From: an uncultured Ectothiorhodospiraceae bacterium
GTDB taxonomy: Bacteria; Pseudomonadota; Gammaproteobacteria; UBA9214
DNA: 64,000 bases
Assembly: GCA_947258545.1 (NCBI GenBank)
Contig: CAMYJI010000016.1
Location: 8,401-72,400, forward strand
Direction of reading: 5' to 3'
Positions 16,332 to 29,123 of this stretch are shown piece after piece. The notes beneath the pieces were generated by a model. The model did no database searches. It saw only the letters and a program-made list of their open reading frames with translations, and was not told the DNA's origin. Every line of letters begins with the position of its first letter. Positions within the stretch are counted from its first letter, which is position 1. The translations under genes and the position numbers were made by a program.

Positions 16332-17237
16332 ATGGCAAATGTCACCATGCGCCAGATGCTTGAGGCTGGCGTGCATTTTGGTCACCAGACCCGTTACTGG
16401 AATCCGAAGATGGCTCCTTACATCTTCGGCGAACGCGGCAAGATTCACATCATCAATCTAGAAAAGACCCTGCCGCTTTTCAATGATGCAATGAACTACA
16501 TCAGCAGCCTGGTTGCAAATGGCAACACGATATTGTTCGTGGGAACCAAGCGATCTGCGCAGGATGCCCTGCGCGAGCAGGCCATTCGTTGCGGCATGCC
16601 CTATGTCAATCACCGCTGGCTGGGTGGCATGCTGACCAACTACAAGACCGTGCGTCAGTCGATCAAGCGTCTCAAGGACCTCGAGGGCATGGAGGAGGAT
16701 GGTTCCCTTGCCAGGCTCAGCAAGAAAGAGGGCCTGATGCTGCATCGCGAAAAGGAAAAGCTCGAGCGCAGCCTGGGTGGCATCAAGGACATGAGCGGCA
16801 TTCCCGATGCCATGTTCGTGGTTGATGTCGGCTACGAGAAAATCGCGATCAGCGAGGCGATCAAACTGGGTATTCCCGTTGTCGGCGTCGTGGATACCAA
16901 CAATTCCATCGGTGGTGTTGATTACGTGATTCCCGGTAATGATGACGCCATACGCTCCATCAAACTCTACGTTGAAAGTGCGGCAGACGCCGTTGAGACC
17001 GGTCGTCAGAGTATCGCAAGAATTGCGACCGAGTCGGAAGATGAATTTGTGGAGCTGGATGAAGGTGGACGCACGGCCCCGAAAAAGGCGGCCAAGGCGC
17101 GTAAAAAGATTACCAACAAGGTTACGGTAAAGAAAAAGGCGGCTGCCGGTGCGAAGCCGGAAGCCGCTGAAGAGCCATCGGCCGACAGCGCGACAGCGGA
17201 TGCGGTGGAAGCCGGCGATGACAAGGGTGATGCTTAA
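16332..17237 (+). CDS. rpsB: 30S ribosomal protein S2 (with long Lys/Ala/Glu-rich C-terminal tail)
   Basis: The ATG at 16332 is preceded by GGAG. '[22 protein letters not shown]'. The tail '[31 protein letters not shown]...' extends past the E. coli-type end. Confidence 0.97.
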   Translation: MANVTMRQMLEAGVHFGHQTRYWNPKMAPYIFGERGKIHIINLEKTLPLFNDAMNYISSLVANGNTILFVGTKRSAQDALREQAIRCGMPYVNHRWLGGMLTNYKTVRQSIKRLKDLEGMEEDGSLARLSKKEGLMLHREKEKLERSLGGIKDMSGIPDAMFVVDVGYEKIAISEAIKLGIPVVGVVDTNNSIGGVDYVIPGNDDAIRSIKLYVESAADAVETGRQSIARIATESEDEFVELDEGGRTAPKKAAKARKKITNKVTVKKKAAAGAKPEAAEEPSADSATADAVEAGDDKGDA

Positions 17238-17292
17238 ACGGCCCTGGTGCGGCGTTCAGGATCCCCGGATTGATTGAGAGAGGTTAGAAACT

Positions 17293-18180
17293 ATGGCTAT
17301 TACAGCAGCGCAAGTGAAGGAACTGCGCGAGCGCACCGGCTCCGGCATGATGGAGTGCAAAAAGGCACTGGTTGATGCCGGCGGTGATATGGATACAGCG
17401 ATTGAGACGCTGCGCAAGACAGGCTTGGCAAAGGCGGACAAGAAGGCCGGCAGGATCGCCTCCGAGGGCCTGATCGCCATTGCGACCGGTGATGACGGCA
17501 AGACGGCGGCCGTTGTCGAGGTCAACTGCGAAACCGATTTCGTCGCCAAGAAGGAGGATTTCCAGGAATTCTCGCATGCCATTGCACTGCGCGTGCTGGC
17601 GGATGACCCGGCGGACATCGATGCCCTGCTGGCCATGCCCCTGCATGACGGCGACAGCACCACTGTCGAAATCGCGCGCAAGTCACTTATTGCCTCGATA
17701 GGTGAAAACATCAACGTGCGCCGCTTTACCCGCCGCGTGGCAACGGATGGCAAACTGGCGCATTACCAGCACGGCGTCAGGATCGGTGTGCTGGTCGAGA
17801 TGCAGGGCGGTAATGATGAACTGGCGCGTGATATAGCCATGCATATTGCGGCCAGCAAGCCGCAATTCTGTTCTGTCGACGATGTGGACCCGGGTATCCT
17901 CGACAAGGAGCGCGAGATCTTCTCGGCTCAGGCGGAGGCCAGCGGCAAGCCGGCCAATATTATCGAGAAGATGGTCGACGGCCGGATCAAAAAGTTCCTC
18001 GGTGAGATCACCCTCCTGGGCCAGCCCTTCGTCAAGGACCCGGACCAGACCGTCGGCAAACTGCTTGAGGCCGCCGGGGCCAGCGTGGTCGGTTTCGAAC
18101 GCATGGAACTGGGCGAGGGCATCGAGAAAAAGGCAGAGAATTTCGCTGATGAAGTGATGGCGCAGGTCAAGGGCGGTTAA
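17293..18180 (+). CDS. tsf: Translation elongation factor Ts
   Basis: '[26 protein letters not shown]'. Follows rpsB. Confidence 0.97.
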   Translation: MAITAAQVKELRERTGSGMMECKKALVDAGGDMDTAIETLRKTGLAKADKKAGRIASEGLIAIATGDDGKTAAVVEVNCETDFVAKKEDFQEFSHAIALRVLADDPADIDALLAMPLHDGDSTTVEIARKSLIASIGENINVRRFTRRVATDGKLAHYQHGVRIGVLVEMQGGNDELARDIAMHIAASKPQFCSVDDVDPGILDKEREIFSAQAEASGKPANIIEKMVDGRIKKFLGEITLLGQPFVKDPDQTVGKLLEAAGASVVGFERMELGEGIEKKAENFADEVMAQVKGG

Positions 18181-18237
18181 CGCAAGGCCACCGTCGGTAC
18201 CTCTTCGGATCTTCAGTGAACCTGAATCGCACAATCA

Positions 18238-18267
18238 ACGGGGTCGGAAGTCGACCCCGTTTTTTAT
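18238..18267 (+). terminator. Rho-independent terminator after tsf
   Basis: 9-bp stem ACGGGGTCG / CGACCCCGT with a 5-nt loop, followed by TTTTTTATT. Confidence 0.8.
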
Positions 18268-18363
18268 TACATGGTATTAGTGACAGAAAAGTAAGACAAT
18301 GACCTCGGCTCTACAGTAATTTATGAATATTCCCTATCTTACTGACATATAAAAGGAAAAGGT

Positions 18364-19077
18364 GTGCGATACCAGCGTGTGCTGTTGAAGCTTAGCGGTG
18401 AGGCCCTGATGGGTAGCCATGATCATGGTATTGACCCGGAGGTGATCCAGCGTATCGCCGGCGAGATTCACACGGTCTGTTCAAGCGGCGTGCAGATCGG
18501 CCTGGTCATCGGCGGTGGCAATATTGTGCGGGGTGCCGGCATGGCCTCGCGCGGGATGGATCGGGTGACCGGCGATCACATGGGCATGCTCGCGACGGTG
18601 ATTAACTCGCTGGCGCTGCAGGATGCCCTGGAGAAGGCCGGCGCAAATTGCCGGGTGATGTCGGCCCTGAGAATAAACCAGGTGTGTGAGCCCTACATCC
18701 GTGGGCGTGCGATCCGCCACCTGGAAAAAGGGCGGGTGGTGATTTTTGCTGCTGGCACTGGCAACCCGTTCTTTACCACGGATTCAGCCGCGAGTCTGCG
18801 TGCCATCGAGATCGATGCCGATATCATGCTGAAGGCCACCAAGGTCGATGGCATCTACTCGGCCGATCCGGTGACCAACAAGGATGCGATCCTGTATGAC
18901 CGTCTGACCTTTGACGAGGCACTGAAGCGGAAACTGGCGGTGATGGATGCCACTGCACTGGTGCTATGCAACGAACACAATATGCCGGTCCGGGTATTCA
19001 ATATTTTCGAGCCCGGCCATCTGGGCCGGATTGTTGCCAGGGAAAATGTAGGTACGTTAGTAGAGCGGGAGACTTGA
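18364..19077 (+). CDS. pyrH: UMP kinase
   Basis: GTG start; '[13 protein letters not shown]' and '[10 protein letters not shown]'. Confidence 0.95.
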   Translation: MRYQRVLLKLSGEALMGSHDHGIDPEVIQRIAGEIHTVCSSGVQIGLVIGGGNIVRGAGMASRGMDRVTGDHMGMLATVINSLALQDALEKAGANCRVMSALRINQVCEPYIRGRAIRHLEKGRVVIFAAGTGNPFFTTDSAASLRAIEIDADIMLKATKVDGIYSADPVTNKDAILYDRLTFDEALKRKLAVMDATALVLCNEHNMPVRVFNIFEPGHLGRIVARENVGTLVERET

Positions 19078-19079
19078 GG

Positions 19080-19637
19080 ATGATCGAAGCGATCAAACAG
19101 GATGCCAGTGAACGCATGGACAAGAGCGTCGAGGCGTTGAAGCAGACACTGAGCAAGGTGCGTACAGGCCGGGCCCATCCCAGCCTGCTTGATCATTTGA
19201 CTGTTGATTACTACGGCAGTCAGGTGCCGATATCACAGGTAGCCAATATTTCGGTCGAGGATGCCCGCACCCTGGCAGTGACACCCTGGGAGAAGCAGAT
19301 GGTACAGGTCATTGAGAAGGCAATTATCTCCTCAGACCTGGGGCTTAACCCGGCAACGGCCGGCATGGTGATGCGCATACCAATGCCACCACTGACCGAG
19401 GAAAGTCGTCGTGACCTGGTCAAGGTCGTGCGCAACGACGGCGAGGCTACGAAAGTGGCGATTCGCAATATCCGCCGCGACGCCAACAGTGACTTGAAGG
19501 ACCTGCTCAAGGGAAAGGAAATCTCCGAGGACGACGATCACAAGGCGCAGGAGGATATCCAGCACATCACGGACAAGCACGTGGCCGATGTGGACAGGAT
19601 CGTGGGACAGAAAGAAGCGGAACTAATGGAAGTCTAG
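19080..19637 (+). CDS. frr: Ribosome recycling factor
   Basis: The ATG at 19080 gives '[38 protein letters not shown]'. The upstream part of ORF 18966.. overlaps pyrH. Confidence 0.97.
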   Translation: MIEAIKQDASERMDKSVEALKQTLSKVRTGRAHPSLLDHLTVDYYGSQVPISQVANISVEDARTLAVTPWEKQMVQVIEKAIISSDLGLNPATAGMVMRIPMPPLTEESRRDLVKVVRNDGEATKVAIRNIRRDANSDLKDLLKGKEISEDDDHKAQEDIQHITDKHVADVDRIVGQKEAELMEV

Positions 19638-19672
19638 GTCCGGTAGCCAATGCCGACTATATCTTGATTGAG

Positions 19673-20414
<742 letters not shown>

Positions 20415-20422
<8 letters not shown>

Positions 20423-21233
20423 AACACGCCTGATCTCGGCAGCGATCATGATACCGCTCGTCGTTGGCGGTATCCTATTTCTCCCTACAGATAGCGTGGC
20501 GCTGGTACTGGCCCTGGTCATGGGTGTCGGCTTGTGGGAATGGGCCCGCATGGTCCCGCTAGAGTCCGTCCCGGCCCGGTTGCTTTATCCGGCCATTGGT
20601 GTGTTGCTGATCTGGCTTGCCTGGATGGCTCCACTGGATGCCCTGATCGATATACTGCTGGTGGTTGCCTTGCTGTGGTGGCTGGGTGCACTTTACTGGG
20701 TCAGCCGGGCCAGAATCAGTACGGAGTCAAGTGTAGTGGCCCGGGTAATGAAGTCTGTGATCGGCCTGCTGGTCATATTGCCTGCCTGGGCAGCATTGGT
20801 GATGCTGCACGGACGGGAACAGGGTGGTCCATTGTTTACCCTGTTTCTGCTGGTGCTCATCTGGCTTGCCGACAGCGGTGCCTATTTTGCGGGACGCCGC
20901 TGGGGGCGCACCAAACTGGCACCCGTTGTCAGCCCGGGAAAGACCTGGCAGGGCGTCTACGGTGGTTTTATCACCAGCGGGCTGTTCGCGTTGCTGGCCG
21001 GGCTGCTGTACAGCCGGTCATTTAAATGGACGGTCGGGCTGGTGCTGGTCTCGCTGCTCACGGTGATGTTTTCCATCGTCGGTGACCTGCTGGAGAGCCA
21101 GATGAAGCGTGAGCGCGGGATCAAGGACAGTAGCCAGATCATTCCCGGGCACGGGGGTGTCCTCGACCGTATCGACAGCCTGACTGCCGCGGCCCCGGTT
21201 TTTTTGCTGGGACTTTACTGGCTGGAACTTTGA
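20415..21233 (+). CDS. cdsA: Phosphatidate cytidylyltransferase
   Basis: Polytopic membrane protein. Signature 'SQMKRERGIKDSSQIIPGHGGVLDRIDS'. Confidence 0.9.
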
Positions 21234-21288
21234 GCCGCACGACTTATCCCATGTACTACAGCGGACTTGATTGCAGGTACTGACAGCG

Positions 21289-22497
21289 ATGCATGATTCA
21301 CAGCCGGCAGGTATAACCATACTGGGTGCGACCGGTTCGATCGGGGTGAATACCCTGGATGTCGTGTCCAGGTATCCCGACAGATTTCATGTCATTGCAC
21401 TGACGGCAAATACCGACGTCGAGGCCATGGCCGTGCAGTGTGAACGATTCCAGCCGCGCTACGCAGTCATGGCGGACACGGATGCGGCCCAACGGCTGGC
21501 GAAGGTGTTGCGCGGCACGGCCCCGGATGTCCGGGTACTGGGTGGCAAGGATGCACTGGTGGAAGTGGCCGGTCTACCCGAGGTGGACTACGTGATGGCG
21601 GCCATTGTCGGCGCCGCCGGCCTGCTGCCCAGTCTAGAGGCCGCCAGACAGGGCAAGCGTGTTTTGCTTGCAAACAAGGAGGCGCTGGTTATGTCCGGCG
21701 CCTTGTTCATGCAGGCCGTGCACGACAATAATGCCGTTCTGCTGCCGATCGACAGTGAGCATAATGCCATTCTTCAGTGCATGCCGGAAAACTATGCAGC
21801 CGGTAATGCGCCGCGCGGTGTCCGCAAGATCGTGCTGACGGCATCCGGTGGCCCATTCAGGACGCTGCCGGTCAGCAAGCTGGCGGGTGTCACCCCGGCG
21901 CAGGCCTGCGCACACCCCAACTGGGAAATGGGGCGCAAGATATCCGTTGATTCGGCCACCATGATGAACAAGGGCCTTGAGGTCATCGAGGCCGGATGGC
22001 TGTTTGACCTGCCCCTGGAAAAGATAAAGGTCCTCATCCACCCCCAGAGTATTCTGCACTCTATGGTGGAATACGACGACGGTTCCGTGCTTGCCCAGCT
22101 GGGGAATCCGGATATGCGTATTCCCATCAGCCACGCCCTGGCCTGGCCGGAACGGATTGACTCGGGTGCAGATCAACTGGACCTGACGGCAGTCGCCTCC
22201 CTGCAGTTCGAAAACCCGGACAAGCAGCGCTTCCCCTGCCTGGAGCTGGCCTGTCATGCCTGGCAGAAGGGCGGTACCGCACCGGCCATCCTCAATGCGG
22301 CCAATGAGGTGGCCGTGCAGGCATTTCTCGATCAGCAGATTTCCTTCACTTCGATCCCGCGGATCATTGAACAGGTATTGGAGCAATGCACGGTGCACGA
22401 TGCGGCATCGCTCCAGGTGATACTCGAGGATGATGCCGCAGCGCGCCGCCAGACAATGGACTGCATCGGCTCGGTCCGGATGCAGGCAAGCTCATGA
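21289..22497 (+). CDS. dxr: 1-deoxy-D-xylulose-5-phosphate reductoisomerase
   Basis: The ATG at 21289 gives '[25 protein letters not shown]'; also 'LANKEALV' and 'PIDSEHNAI'. Confidence 0.95.
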   Translation: MHDSQPAGITILGATGSIGVNTLDVVSRYPDRFHVIALTANTDVEAMAVQCERFQPRYAVMADTDAAQRLAKVLRGTAPDVRVLGGKDALVEVAGLPEVDYVMAAIVGAAGLLPSLEAARQGKRVLLANKEALVMSGALFMQAVHDNNAVLLPIDSEHNAILQCMPENYAAGNAPRGVRKIVLTASGGPFRTLPVSKLAGVTPAQACAHPNWEMGRKISVDSATMMNKGLEVIEAGWLFDLPLEKIKVLIHPQSILHSMVEYDDGSVLAQLGNPDMRIPISHALAWPERIDSGADQLDLTAVASLQFENPDKQRFPCLELACHAWQKGGTAPAILNAANEVAVQAFLDQQISFTSIPRIIEQVLEQCTVHDAASLQVILEDDAAARRQTMDCIGSVRMQASS

Positions 22498-23864
22498 ACG
22501 GTGTGTTGCACTCGGTAGTCGCCTTCATAGTCGCGATCGGTGTCCTTGTCACTGTCCACGAATTCGGACACTTCTGGGTGGCCAGAAGGCTCGGTGTCAA
22601 GGTCCTGCGTTTCTCGATCGGTTTCGGGAAGCCTCTGTGGAGCCGGCGTTTCGGCGCCGACAACACCGAGCTGGTTATCGCAGCCATCCCGCTCGGTGGT
22701 TATGTCAAGATGCTGGATGAGCGCGAGGGCGAGGTAACTGCCGCTGAACAACACCGGGCGTTCAACCGCCAGAGCCTGTCCACGCGGATCGCGGTGGTTG
22801 TGGCAGGCCCCTTGTTCAACTTCCTGTTTGCTATCGCGGCCTACTGGCTCATGTTTGTCAGCGGGGTACCGGGACTGCGTCCGGTCATCGGCGAATTGAT
22901 CGAATCGACACCCGCTGTACAGTCCGGCTTTATGGCGGGTGACGAGATACGCAGCATCAAGGGCAAGCCGACAAACAGCTGGGAGATGGCGGTCCTTGCC
23001 CTGCTGGATGCAGCCCTGGACGAGCAGGCCTCATTCGAGGTCGGGGTGCGGGACCCGCAAGGCAATGACAGGCTTGTGCGGGTAAGACTGGATGGGTCCA
23101 CTCGCCTGCTGGCTAAGGGCGGGGTGCTGGAAAACTTCGGTATCAAACCCTGGCGTCCGGTATATCCCGCCATGATCGACCGCCTGGTTTCCGGCGGTCC
23201 GGGCGAGCAGGCCGGCCTGAGTGCCGGTGACCTGGTCGTGTCGGCGGACGGTGTAGCGGTGACTGACTGGAACCAGTGGGTTGATTATGTGCGGGCCCGG
23301 CCCGACCGGACCATCGCAGTACGGGTTCAGCGCGGGGATGAGTTGCTGGACCTCGGCCTGACACCGCGGGCGGCCGAAGATGCGGGAGAAACAGTTGGTC
23401 GTATCGGCGCTTACGTGCGTCTTCCGGATGCCGATGAGCATGCTACAATGCGCGTCGTTGTTCGCTACGGCCCGCTTGAAGCGGTGCCGGCTGCCCTTGG
23501 GAAGACCTGGGAAATGTCGACACTGACCTTAAGGACTCTGTGGAAAATGGTCAGCGGTAAGGCCTCCGTAGAGAACCTGAGTGGGCCGATCAGCATTGCC
23601 CGTTATGCGGGCCAGTCGGCCGCGATCGGTCTTGCCACCTTTCTGGGCTTTCTGGCCATTGTCAGTGTCAGCCTGGGTGTGCTGAACCTGTTGCCGATCC
23701 CGATCCTGGATGGCGGGCACCTGCTGTATTACCTGATTGAGTTGTTTAAGGGGAGTCCGGTGTCCGAGGCGGCCCAGATGTTCGGTCAGCGGGTAGGGAT
23801 TATCCTGCTGCTTTTATTGATGTCACTGGCCTTTTACAACGATCTGGCAAGATTATTTGAATAA
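22494..23864 (+). CDS. rseP: RIP metalloprotease RseP
   Basis: '[14 protein letters not shown]' HExxH motif, PDZ region and C-terminal '[12 protein letters not shown]'. Confidence 0.93.
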   Translation: MNGVLHSVVAFIVAIGVLVTVHEFGHFWVARRLGVKVLRFSIGFGKPLWSRRFGADNTELVIAAIPLGGYVKMLDEREGEVTAAEQHRAFNRQSLSTRIAVVVAGPLFNFLFAIAAYWLMFVSGVPGLRPVIGELIESTPAVQSGFMAGDEIRSIKGKPTNSWEMAVLALLDAALDEQASFEVGVRDPQGNDRLVRVRLDGSTRLLAKGGVLENFGIKPWRPVYPAMIDRLVSGGPGEQAGLSAGDLVVSADGVAVTDWNQWVDYVRARPDRTIAVRVQRGDELLDLGLTPRAAEDAGETVGRIGAYVRLPDADEHATMRVVVRYGPLEAVPAALGKTWEMSTLTLRTLWKMVSGKASVENLSGPISIARYAGQSAAIGLATFLGFLAIVSVSLGVLNLLPIPILDGGHLLYYLIELFKGSPVSEAAQMFGQRVGIILLLLLMSLAFYNDLARLFE

Positions 23865-23896
23865 CACCGCGTGCGATCCTTCCTAACGAAAGAATA

Positions 23897-26176
23897 ATGC
23901 GAGCCATCTTCCACACACTGTTACTGTTCTTGCTGATGTCCGGGACGGCCCGCGCATTTGAAGCGTTTGTGGTCAAAGATGTGAGGGTAGAGGGGCTGCA
24001 GCGAATTTCGGCCGGCACGGTGTTCAATTACCTGCCGGTCAAGGTCGGTGACACCATCGATACAGATGGTTCAGCGGCTGCGATCAGGGCCTTGTTCAAA
24101 ACCGGTTTCTTTAATGATGTCTACCTGGAACAGGACGGGGATGTCCTGGTTGTACGTGTCACGGAGCGAGCCGCGATCAGCAGCATCGAGATCAAGGGCA
24201 ACCAGGACCTGGAGACCGAGGAACTGCTCACTGGTCTCAAGCAGATCGGGCTGGCCGAGGGCAGGGTCTTTGACCGTTCCCTGCTTGACAAGGTAGAGCA
24301 GGAGCTGCAACGCCAGTATTTCAGCAGGGGTAAATACGCTGTCAAACTCGATACGACAGTGACCCCGCTGGAAAGAAACCGTGTCGGCATCCTGATCGAT
24401 ATCTCGGAAGGAGAGGTTGCCAGGATCAAGCAGATCAATATTGTGGGGAATCACCGCTACCTGGACGAGGAGCTGCTCGACGACTTTACCCTCAGCACCC
24501 CTACCTTCTTTTCCTTCATCACGAAGAACGACCAGTATTCCAAGCAGAAGCTCGCGGCGGACCTGGAGATTCTACGATCATTCTATCTCGATCGCGGTTA
24601 TCTGAACTTTAATAATACCTCCACCCAGGTGTCCATCACGCCTGACAAGAAAGACATCTACATTACGATCAATATCAGTGAAGGTGAGCAGTACAGGATC
24701 AGTGAGGTCACCCTGTCCGGCGACCTGGTGGTAGATACGGAGGAACTGTTTCCGCTGGTCAAGATCAATCCGGAAGATGTGTTCTCGCGCAAACGGGTCA
24801 CCGAGGCGGTGGACCGCATCAGCGCCAAGCTGGGCGATCACGGGTACGCTTTTGCTAATGTCAACACGGTCCCCGAACTGGATGACGATAACAACGAGGT
24901 GTCACTGGCCTTTTTTATCGATCCCGGCAAGCGGGTCTACGTACGCCGTGTGAACGTGGAAGGCAATGTGTCCACGCGCGATGAGGTCCTGCGCCGCGAG
25001 ATGCGCCAGATGGAGGCCGGCTGGTTTTCCACCGAAAAGGTAGAGCGCTCGCGCGCTCGCCTGCAGCGGTTGGGCTATTTCGAGGACGTCAACGTCGAAA
25101 CCCCCTCGGTACCGGGGACCACAGACCAGGTCGATGTCAACTATTCTGTCACCGAGACATCCTCCGGCAGCATCACAGCGGGCCTCGGTTATTCGCAGTC
25201 CTCGGGTCTGCTGTTCAACGCGAGCGTTTCACAGGACAACTTTCTCGGCAGAGGCAAGCGCGTCAGCTTCGCCTTCAACAACAGTGACGTCAATACCGTA
25301 TACAGTTTTTCCTATACCAATCCTTACTACACCATCGACGGTGTCAGTCGCGGCTTCGGTTCGTATTACCGTGAAACCGACGCGGACGAGGCCAATCTCT
25401 CCGACTACACCACCGATTCATTCGGTGCCAATATCAACTTCGGTATCCCGATCACCGAGTATGAGAGGATCTACCTGAACACCGAGTACGAGAATATCGA
25501 ACTCAAGCCGACCGCGGCCTCTCCCAGCGAAGTGTTCGAATTTATAGACCAGCATGGTGATACCTACGATAATATCAAGCTGACCGGCAGCTGGAGTCAT
25601 GACACCCGAAATAAGGCGATTTTCGCGGACCGCGGCGGGTTCCTGCGGGTCGCACTGGAGACCTCCGTTCCTGGCTCGGGTCTCGAGTATTACAAGCTGA
25701 ACTACCGGCAGCAGCAATTCGTGCCGCTGACCAGGAGGCTGACCCTGTCGCTGAATGGCGAGCTGGGCTACGGGGAAGGCTTCGGCGACCATGAAAATCT
25801 GCCGTTTTTCGAGAATTTCTTCGCTGGCGGCGTGCGCTCGGTGCGCGGATTCGAGGATAATACCTTGGGACCCCTCGATTCGAACGGCAATTCGATCGGT
25901 GGCAGTTTCCGGGTCGTGGGTAATGCCGAGCTCATCTTCCCGGTACCGTTCTTCGAGGATGCCAAGTCGTTTCGAATGAGCGCGTTCTTTGATATTGGCA
26001 ATGTCTTCGAGGACTTCCAGGACTTCGATGCTGATAAATTGAGGTATTCTGTCGGCCTGGCAGGCCTGTGGCTCTCGCCGATGGGACCGCTCTCGATTAG
26101 CCTGGGTTACCCCATCAATGACGAACCGGAGGACGAGTTACAGAACTTCCAGTTTACGATCGGAACATTTTTCTAA
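23897..26176 (+). CDS. bamA: Outer membrane protein assembly factor BamA
   Basis: Signal peptide, POTRA repeats ('VKDVRVEGLQRISAGTVFNYLP') and a C-terminal barrel ending 'NFQFTIGTFF'. 759 aa. Confidence 0.95.
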   Translation: MRAIFHTLLLFLLMSGTARAFEAFVVKDVRVEGLQRISAGTVFNYLPVKVGDTIDTDGSAAAIRALFKTGFFNDVYLEQDGDVLVVRVTERAAISSIEIKGNQDLETEELLTGLKQIGLAEGRVFDRSLLDKVEQELQRQYFSRGKYAVKLDTTVTPLERNRVGILIDISEGEVARIKQINIVGNHRYLDEELLDDFTLSTPTFFSFITKNDQYSKQKLAADLEILRSFYLDRGYLNFNNTSTQVSITPDKKDIYITINISEGEQYRISEVTLSGDLVVDTEELFPLVKINPEDVFSRKRVTEAVDRISAKLGDHGYAFANVNTVPELDDDNNEVSLAFFIDPGKRVYVRRVNVEGNVSTRDEVLRREMRQMEAGWFSTEKVERSRARLQRLGYFEDVNVETPSVPGTTDQVDVNYSVTETSSGSITAGLGYSQSSGLLFNASVSQDNFLGRGKRVSFAFNNSDVNTVYSFSYTNPYYTIDGVSRGFGSYYRETDADEANLSDYTTDSFGANINFGIPITEYERIYLNTEYENIELKPTAASPSEVFEFIDQHGDTYDNIKLTGSWSHDTRNKAIFADRGGFLRVALETSVPGSGLEYYKLNYRQQQFVPLTRRLTLSLNGELGYGEGFGDHENLPFFENFFAGGVRSVRGFEDNTLGPLDSNGNSIGGSFRVVGNAELIFPVPFFEDAKSFRMSAFFDIGNVFEDFQDFDADKLRYSVGLAGLWLSPMGPLSISLGYPINDEPEDELQNFQFTIGTFF

Positions 26177-26206
26177 ATACTTTTACGGCGAACGTGGAGA
26201 ATTATT

Positions 26207-26719
26207 TTGAATAGATACAGACCAGTAATATTGATGGCCAGCCTGCTTGCAGCCGTGGCAATGTACTCCAGTGGCGTGCAGGCGGAAATGAAAATCGGAT
26301 TTGTAGACACGGCAAAACTGATGGAGGTTGCACCCCAGGTACAGTCTGCCCAGAGCAAAATCGAGTCAGAGTTCAGTCCGCGGGAGAAAGAGTTGGTGGC
26401 TCTGCAGCGCGAGATCAAGGACCTGGAGGACCGCCTGTCCCGTGATGGTGCGGTCATGAGCGAATCGGAGAACACCAAGCTGGAGAGGCAGATTCTAAGC
26501 AAGCGACGCGACCTGAAACGTTCCCAGGAGGAATTCCGTGACGATCTCAATATCAGGCGTAACGAGGTACTCACCAAGCTGCAGAAGGACATGTACGACG
26601 CCGTTGTGGAATTCGCCAAGGAGCAGAACTTTGACCTGATCCTGAGCCAAGGCGTGGTCTATTCAAGTGACCGGATCGATATCACCGATAGTATTGCCGC
26701 GAAGCTCAAGGGCAATTAA
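26207..26719 (+). CDS. skp: Periplasmic chaperone Skp (OmpH family)
   Basis: Signal peptide 'LLAAVAMYSSGVQA' and a coiled-coil-rich sequence. Lies between bamA and lpxD. Confidence 0.85.
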   Translation: MNRYRPVILMASLLAAVAMYSSGVQAEMKIGFVDTAKLMEVAPQVQSAQSKIESEFSPREKELVALQREIKDLEDRLSRDGAVMSESENTKLERQILSKRRDLKRSQEEFRDDLNIRRNEVLTKLQKDMYDAVVEFAKEQNFDLILSQGVVYSSDRIDITDSIAAKLKGN

Positions 26720-26748
26720 CTTCGCAGCAGCTACAGGTAAGTACCCGT

Positions 26749-27771
26749 ATGGGGCTGACACTCGGTGAATTGGCGGACGCTATCGATGGCGAACTGCAGG
26801 GCGATCCGGGCTGTGTGATCACTGCGGTGGCCACCTTGCAGAATGCCGGCCCCGGTGCCATCAGCTTTCTTGCCAATACCAATTACAGGAAATACCTGGA
26901 GCGCACGGCCGCTTCGGCGGTCATACTCAAGCCGGAGTTTGCACAGGAGTGCCCGACGGCGACGATCGTCACCGCCAATCCCTATCTCGCCTATGCCAGG
27001 GCGGCGTCTCTGATCGTTCCGCCACCGAGCTCCCGCCGTGGCGTGCACCCGCGCGCCAGCATCGGCAAGGACTGTGTTATCGATGACACTGCCTGGATCG
27101 GTCCGAACTGCATTGTCGAGGACAATGTGCGTATCGGTGCCGGCACCCAGCTGGCCGGTGGCTGTTTTATCGGCCGGGACGCCCAGGTCGGGGCGGGGGG
27201 AGTTCTCCACGCCAATGTTGTCATCTGCCATGGTGTGAGCATTGGTGAGCGGGTGATCATCCATCCCGGCGCCGTGATCGGCAGTGACGGATTCGGCCTC
27301 GCGAACGAAAATGGACAGTGGCTGAAGGTACCGCAGCTCGGAGGTGTGCGCATCGGAAATGATGTCGGAATCGGTGCCAATACCAGTATCGATCGTGGCG
27401 CCCTGGATGATACCGTGCTCGAGGACGGGGTGAAGCTCGACAACCAGATCCAGGTTGCGCATAACGTACACATCGGGGCACATACAGCGATCGCAGGTTG
27501 CGTGGGCATCTCCGGTAGCGCCACGATAGGGCGGCATTGCATGATCGGCGGGGGGGCCGGGATCGTCGGTCATCTGGAAATCGCCGACAACGTGACGGTG
27601 ACCGGCATGACCATGGTGACTAAGTCCATTACCACTCCGGGGGTGTATTCTTCAGGCGTCCCGGCACAGGAAAATTCAGACTGGAACAGGAACTATGCGC
27701 GTTTCAGAAAACTGGATCAGCTGGCGCGAAGATTGCGGGCACTGGAACGCAGGTTTGATGCGAAAGAATGA
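26749..27771 (+). CDS. lpxD: UDP-3-O-(3-hydroxyacyl)glucosamine N-acyltransferase
   Basis: Left-handed beta-helix hexapeptide repeats. 340 aa. Conserved position. Confidence 0.95.
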   Translation: MGLTLGELADAIDGELQGDPGCVITAVATLQNAGPGAISFLANTNYRKYLERTAASAVILKPEFAQECPTATIVTANPYLAYARAASLIVPPPSSRRGVHPRASIGKDCVIDDTAWIGPNCIVEDNVRIGAGTQLAGGCFIGRDAQVGAGGVLHANVVICHGVSIGERVIIHPGAVIGSDGFGLANENGQWLKVPQLGGVRIGNDVGIGANTSIDRGALDDTVLEDGVKLDNQIQVAHNVHIGAHTAIAGCVGISGSATIGRHCMIGGGAGIVGHLEIADNVTVTGMTMVTKSITTPGVYSSGVPAQENSDWNRNYARFRKLDQLARRLRALERRFDAKE

Positions 27772-27815
27772 GTACCAGGGTATGAACAGTAACCGACAGG
27801 ACACCAGCGTTATCT

Positions 27816-28256
27816 ATGGACATTAACCACATTCTGAATCATTTGCCGCACCGTTACCCGTTCCTGCTGATTGACAGGGTGACCGAGTTCAATGCGGGCG
27901 AATCGCTGACCGGTATCAAGAACGTTACCTACAATGAGCCGTTCTTCCAGGGTCATTTCCCCCAGCGTCCGGTAATGCCCGGCGTGCTCATCCTCGAGGC
28001 CATGGCGCAGGCAACCGGCCTGCTGGCATTCCGGACGCTCGAGCAGTCGGCCGAGAGGGACACCCTCTATTTCCTCGTCGGTATGGACAAGGTTCGCTTC
28101 AAGCGGCCCGTGGAACCGGGTGACCAGCTGGTGCTGACCGCCAAGCTGCTGAAGACAAAACGCGGTGTCTGGGTGTTCGACTGTGATGCGAAGGTCGATG
28201 GCAAGCTGGCCGCATCGGCCGTAATCATGTGCACCGAGAGGGATATCAACTCTTGA
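27816..28256 (+). CDS. fabZ: 3-hydroxyacyl-ACP dehydratase FabZ
   Basis: '[13 protein letters not shown]' and '[19 protein letters not shown]'. Confidence 0.97.
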   Translation: MDINHILNHLPHRYPFLLIDRVTEFNAGESLTGIKNVTYNEPFFQGHFPQRPVMPGVLILEAMAQATGLLAFRTLEQSAERDTLYFLVGMDKVRFKRPVEPGDQLVLTAKLLKTKRGVWVFDCDAKVDGKLAASAVIMCTERDINS

Positions 28257-29023
28257 TTGACCCGCGCGCGGTCATCGATCCTGCAGCCCGGCTGGCAGAC
28301 GATGTCAGCGTCGGGGCATTCACGATTATCGGGCCTGATGTCGAAGTTGGTGCGGGCACCTGGATCGGTCCCCATACCGTGATAAATGGTCCGACCACCA
28401 TGGGCAGCGACAACAGGATTTACCAGTTTTCTTCGATCGGAGAGGCACCCCAGGACAAGAAATACGCTGGCGAGCCGACCCGGCTCGAGATAGGTGACCG
28501 TAACCTGATACGCGAGTTCGTCACCATCAACCGCGGAACCGCACAGGATGCAGGCGTCACCCGTATCGGTGACGACAACTGGATCATGGCCTACGTTCAT
28601 ATCGCCCATGACTGCCGGGTCGGGAACCAGACTATCTTCTCGAATAATGCCTCGCTTGCCGGCCATGTACGGGTTGATGACTATGCGATACTTGGCGGCT
28701 TCACGCTGGTGCACCAGTTCTGCGCCATCGGTACGCACTCATTCTGTGGCTTCGGCAGTAGCATCAAGAAGGATGTCCCCCCCTTTGTGACCGTGGACGG
28801 CAGTCCGGCGCGTCCGCGCGGCTTGAATGCAGAGGGCCTGAAACGCCGCGGTTTTACGGACAAGGCGCAACAGGCATTACGCCAGGCCTACAAGACCCTG
28901 TACCGCTCGAACCTGTCACTGCAGGAAGCACTCGCCGATCTGCGAGAGATGGCAAAGGAGCAGGAGGAGGTGGCGCAGCTGGTGTCTTTCATCGAGCAGC
29001 AGAAGCGAGGCATTGTCCGCTGA
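28253..29023 (+). CDS. lpxA: Acyl-ACP--UDP-N-acetylglucosamine O-acyltransferase
   Basis: Hexapeptide repeats. The TTG at 28253 gives '[14 protein letters not shown]' (LpxA-like length, 256 aa) and overlaps the fabZ stop. The GTG at 28229 is the alternative start. Confidence 0.93.
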   Translation: MIDPRAVIDPAARLADDVSVGAFTIIGPDVEVGAGTWIGPHTVINGPTTMGSDNRIYQFSSIGEAPQDKKYAGEPTRLEIGDRNLIREFVTINRGTAQDAGVTRIGDDNWIMAYVHIAHDCRVGNQTIFSNNASLAGHVRVDDYAILGGFTLVHQFCAIGTHSFCGFGSSIKKDVPPFVTVDGSPARPRGLNAEGLKRRGFTDKAQQALRQAYKTLYRSNLSLQEALADLREMAKEQEEVAQLVSFIEQQKRGIVR

Positions 29024-29123
29024 TGTACTGCCCTGCCAGGCCTGTTCCCGCAGACTGCCAACAATCGCTCCTAGCCCTGTCATTTTCCGGGGGGGAGTGG
29101 TACGCAGTACGTTTAAGTGTCTT

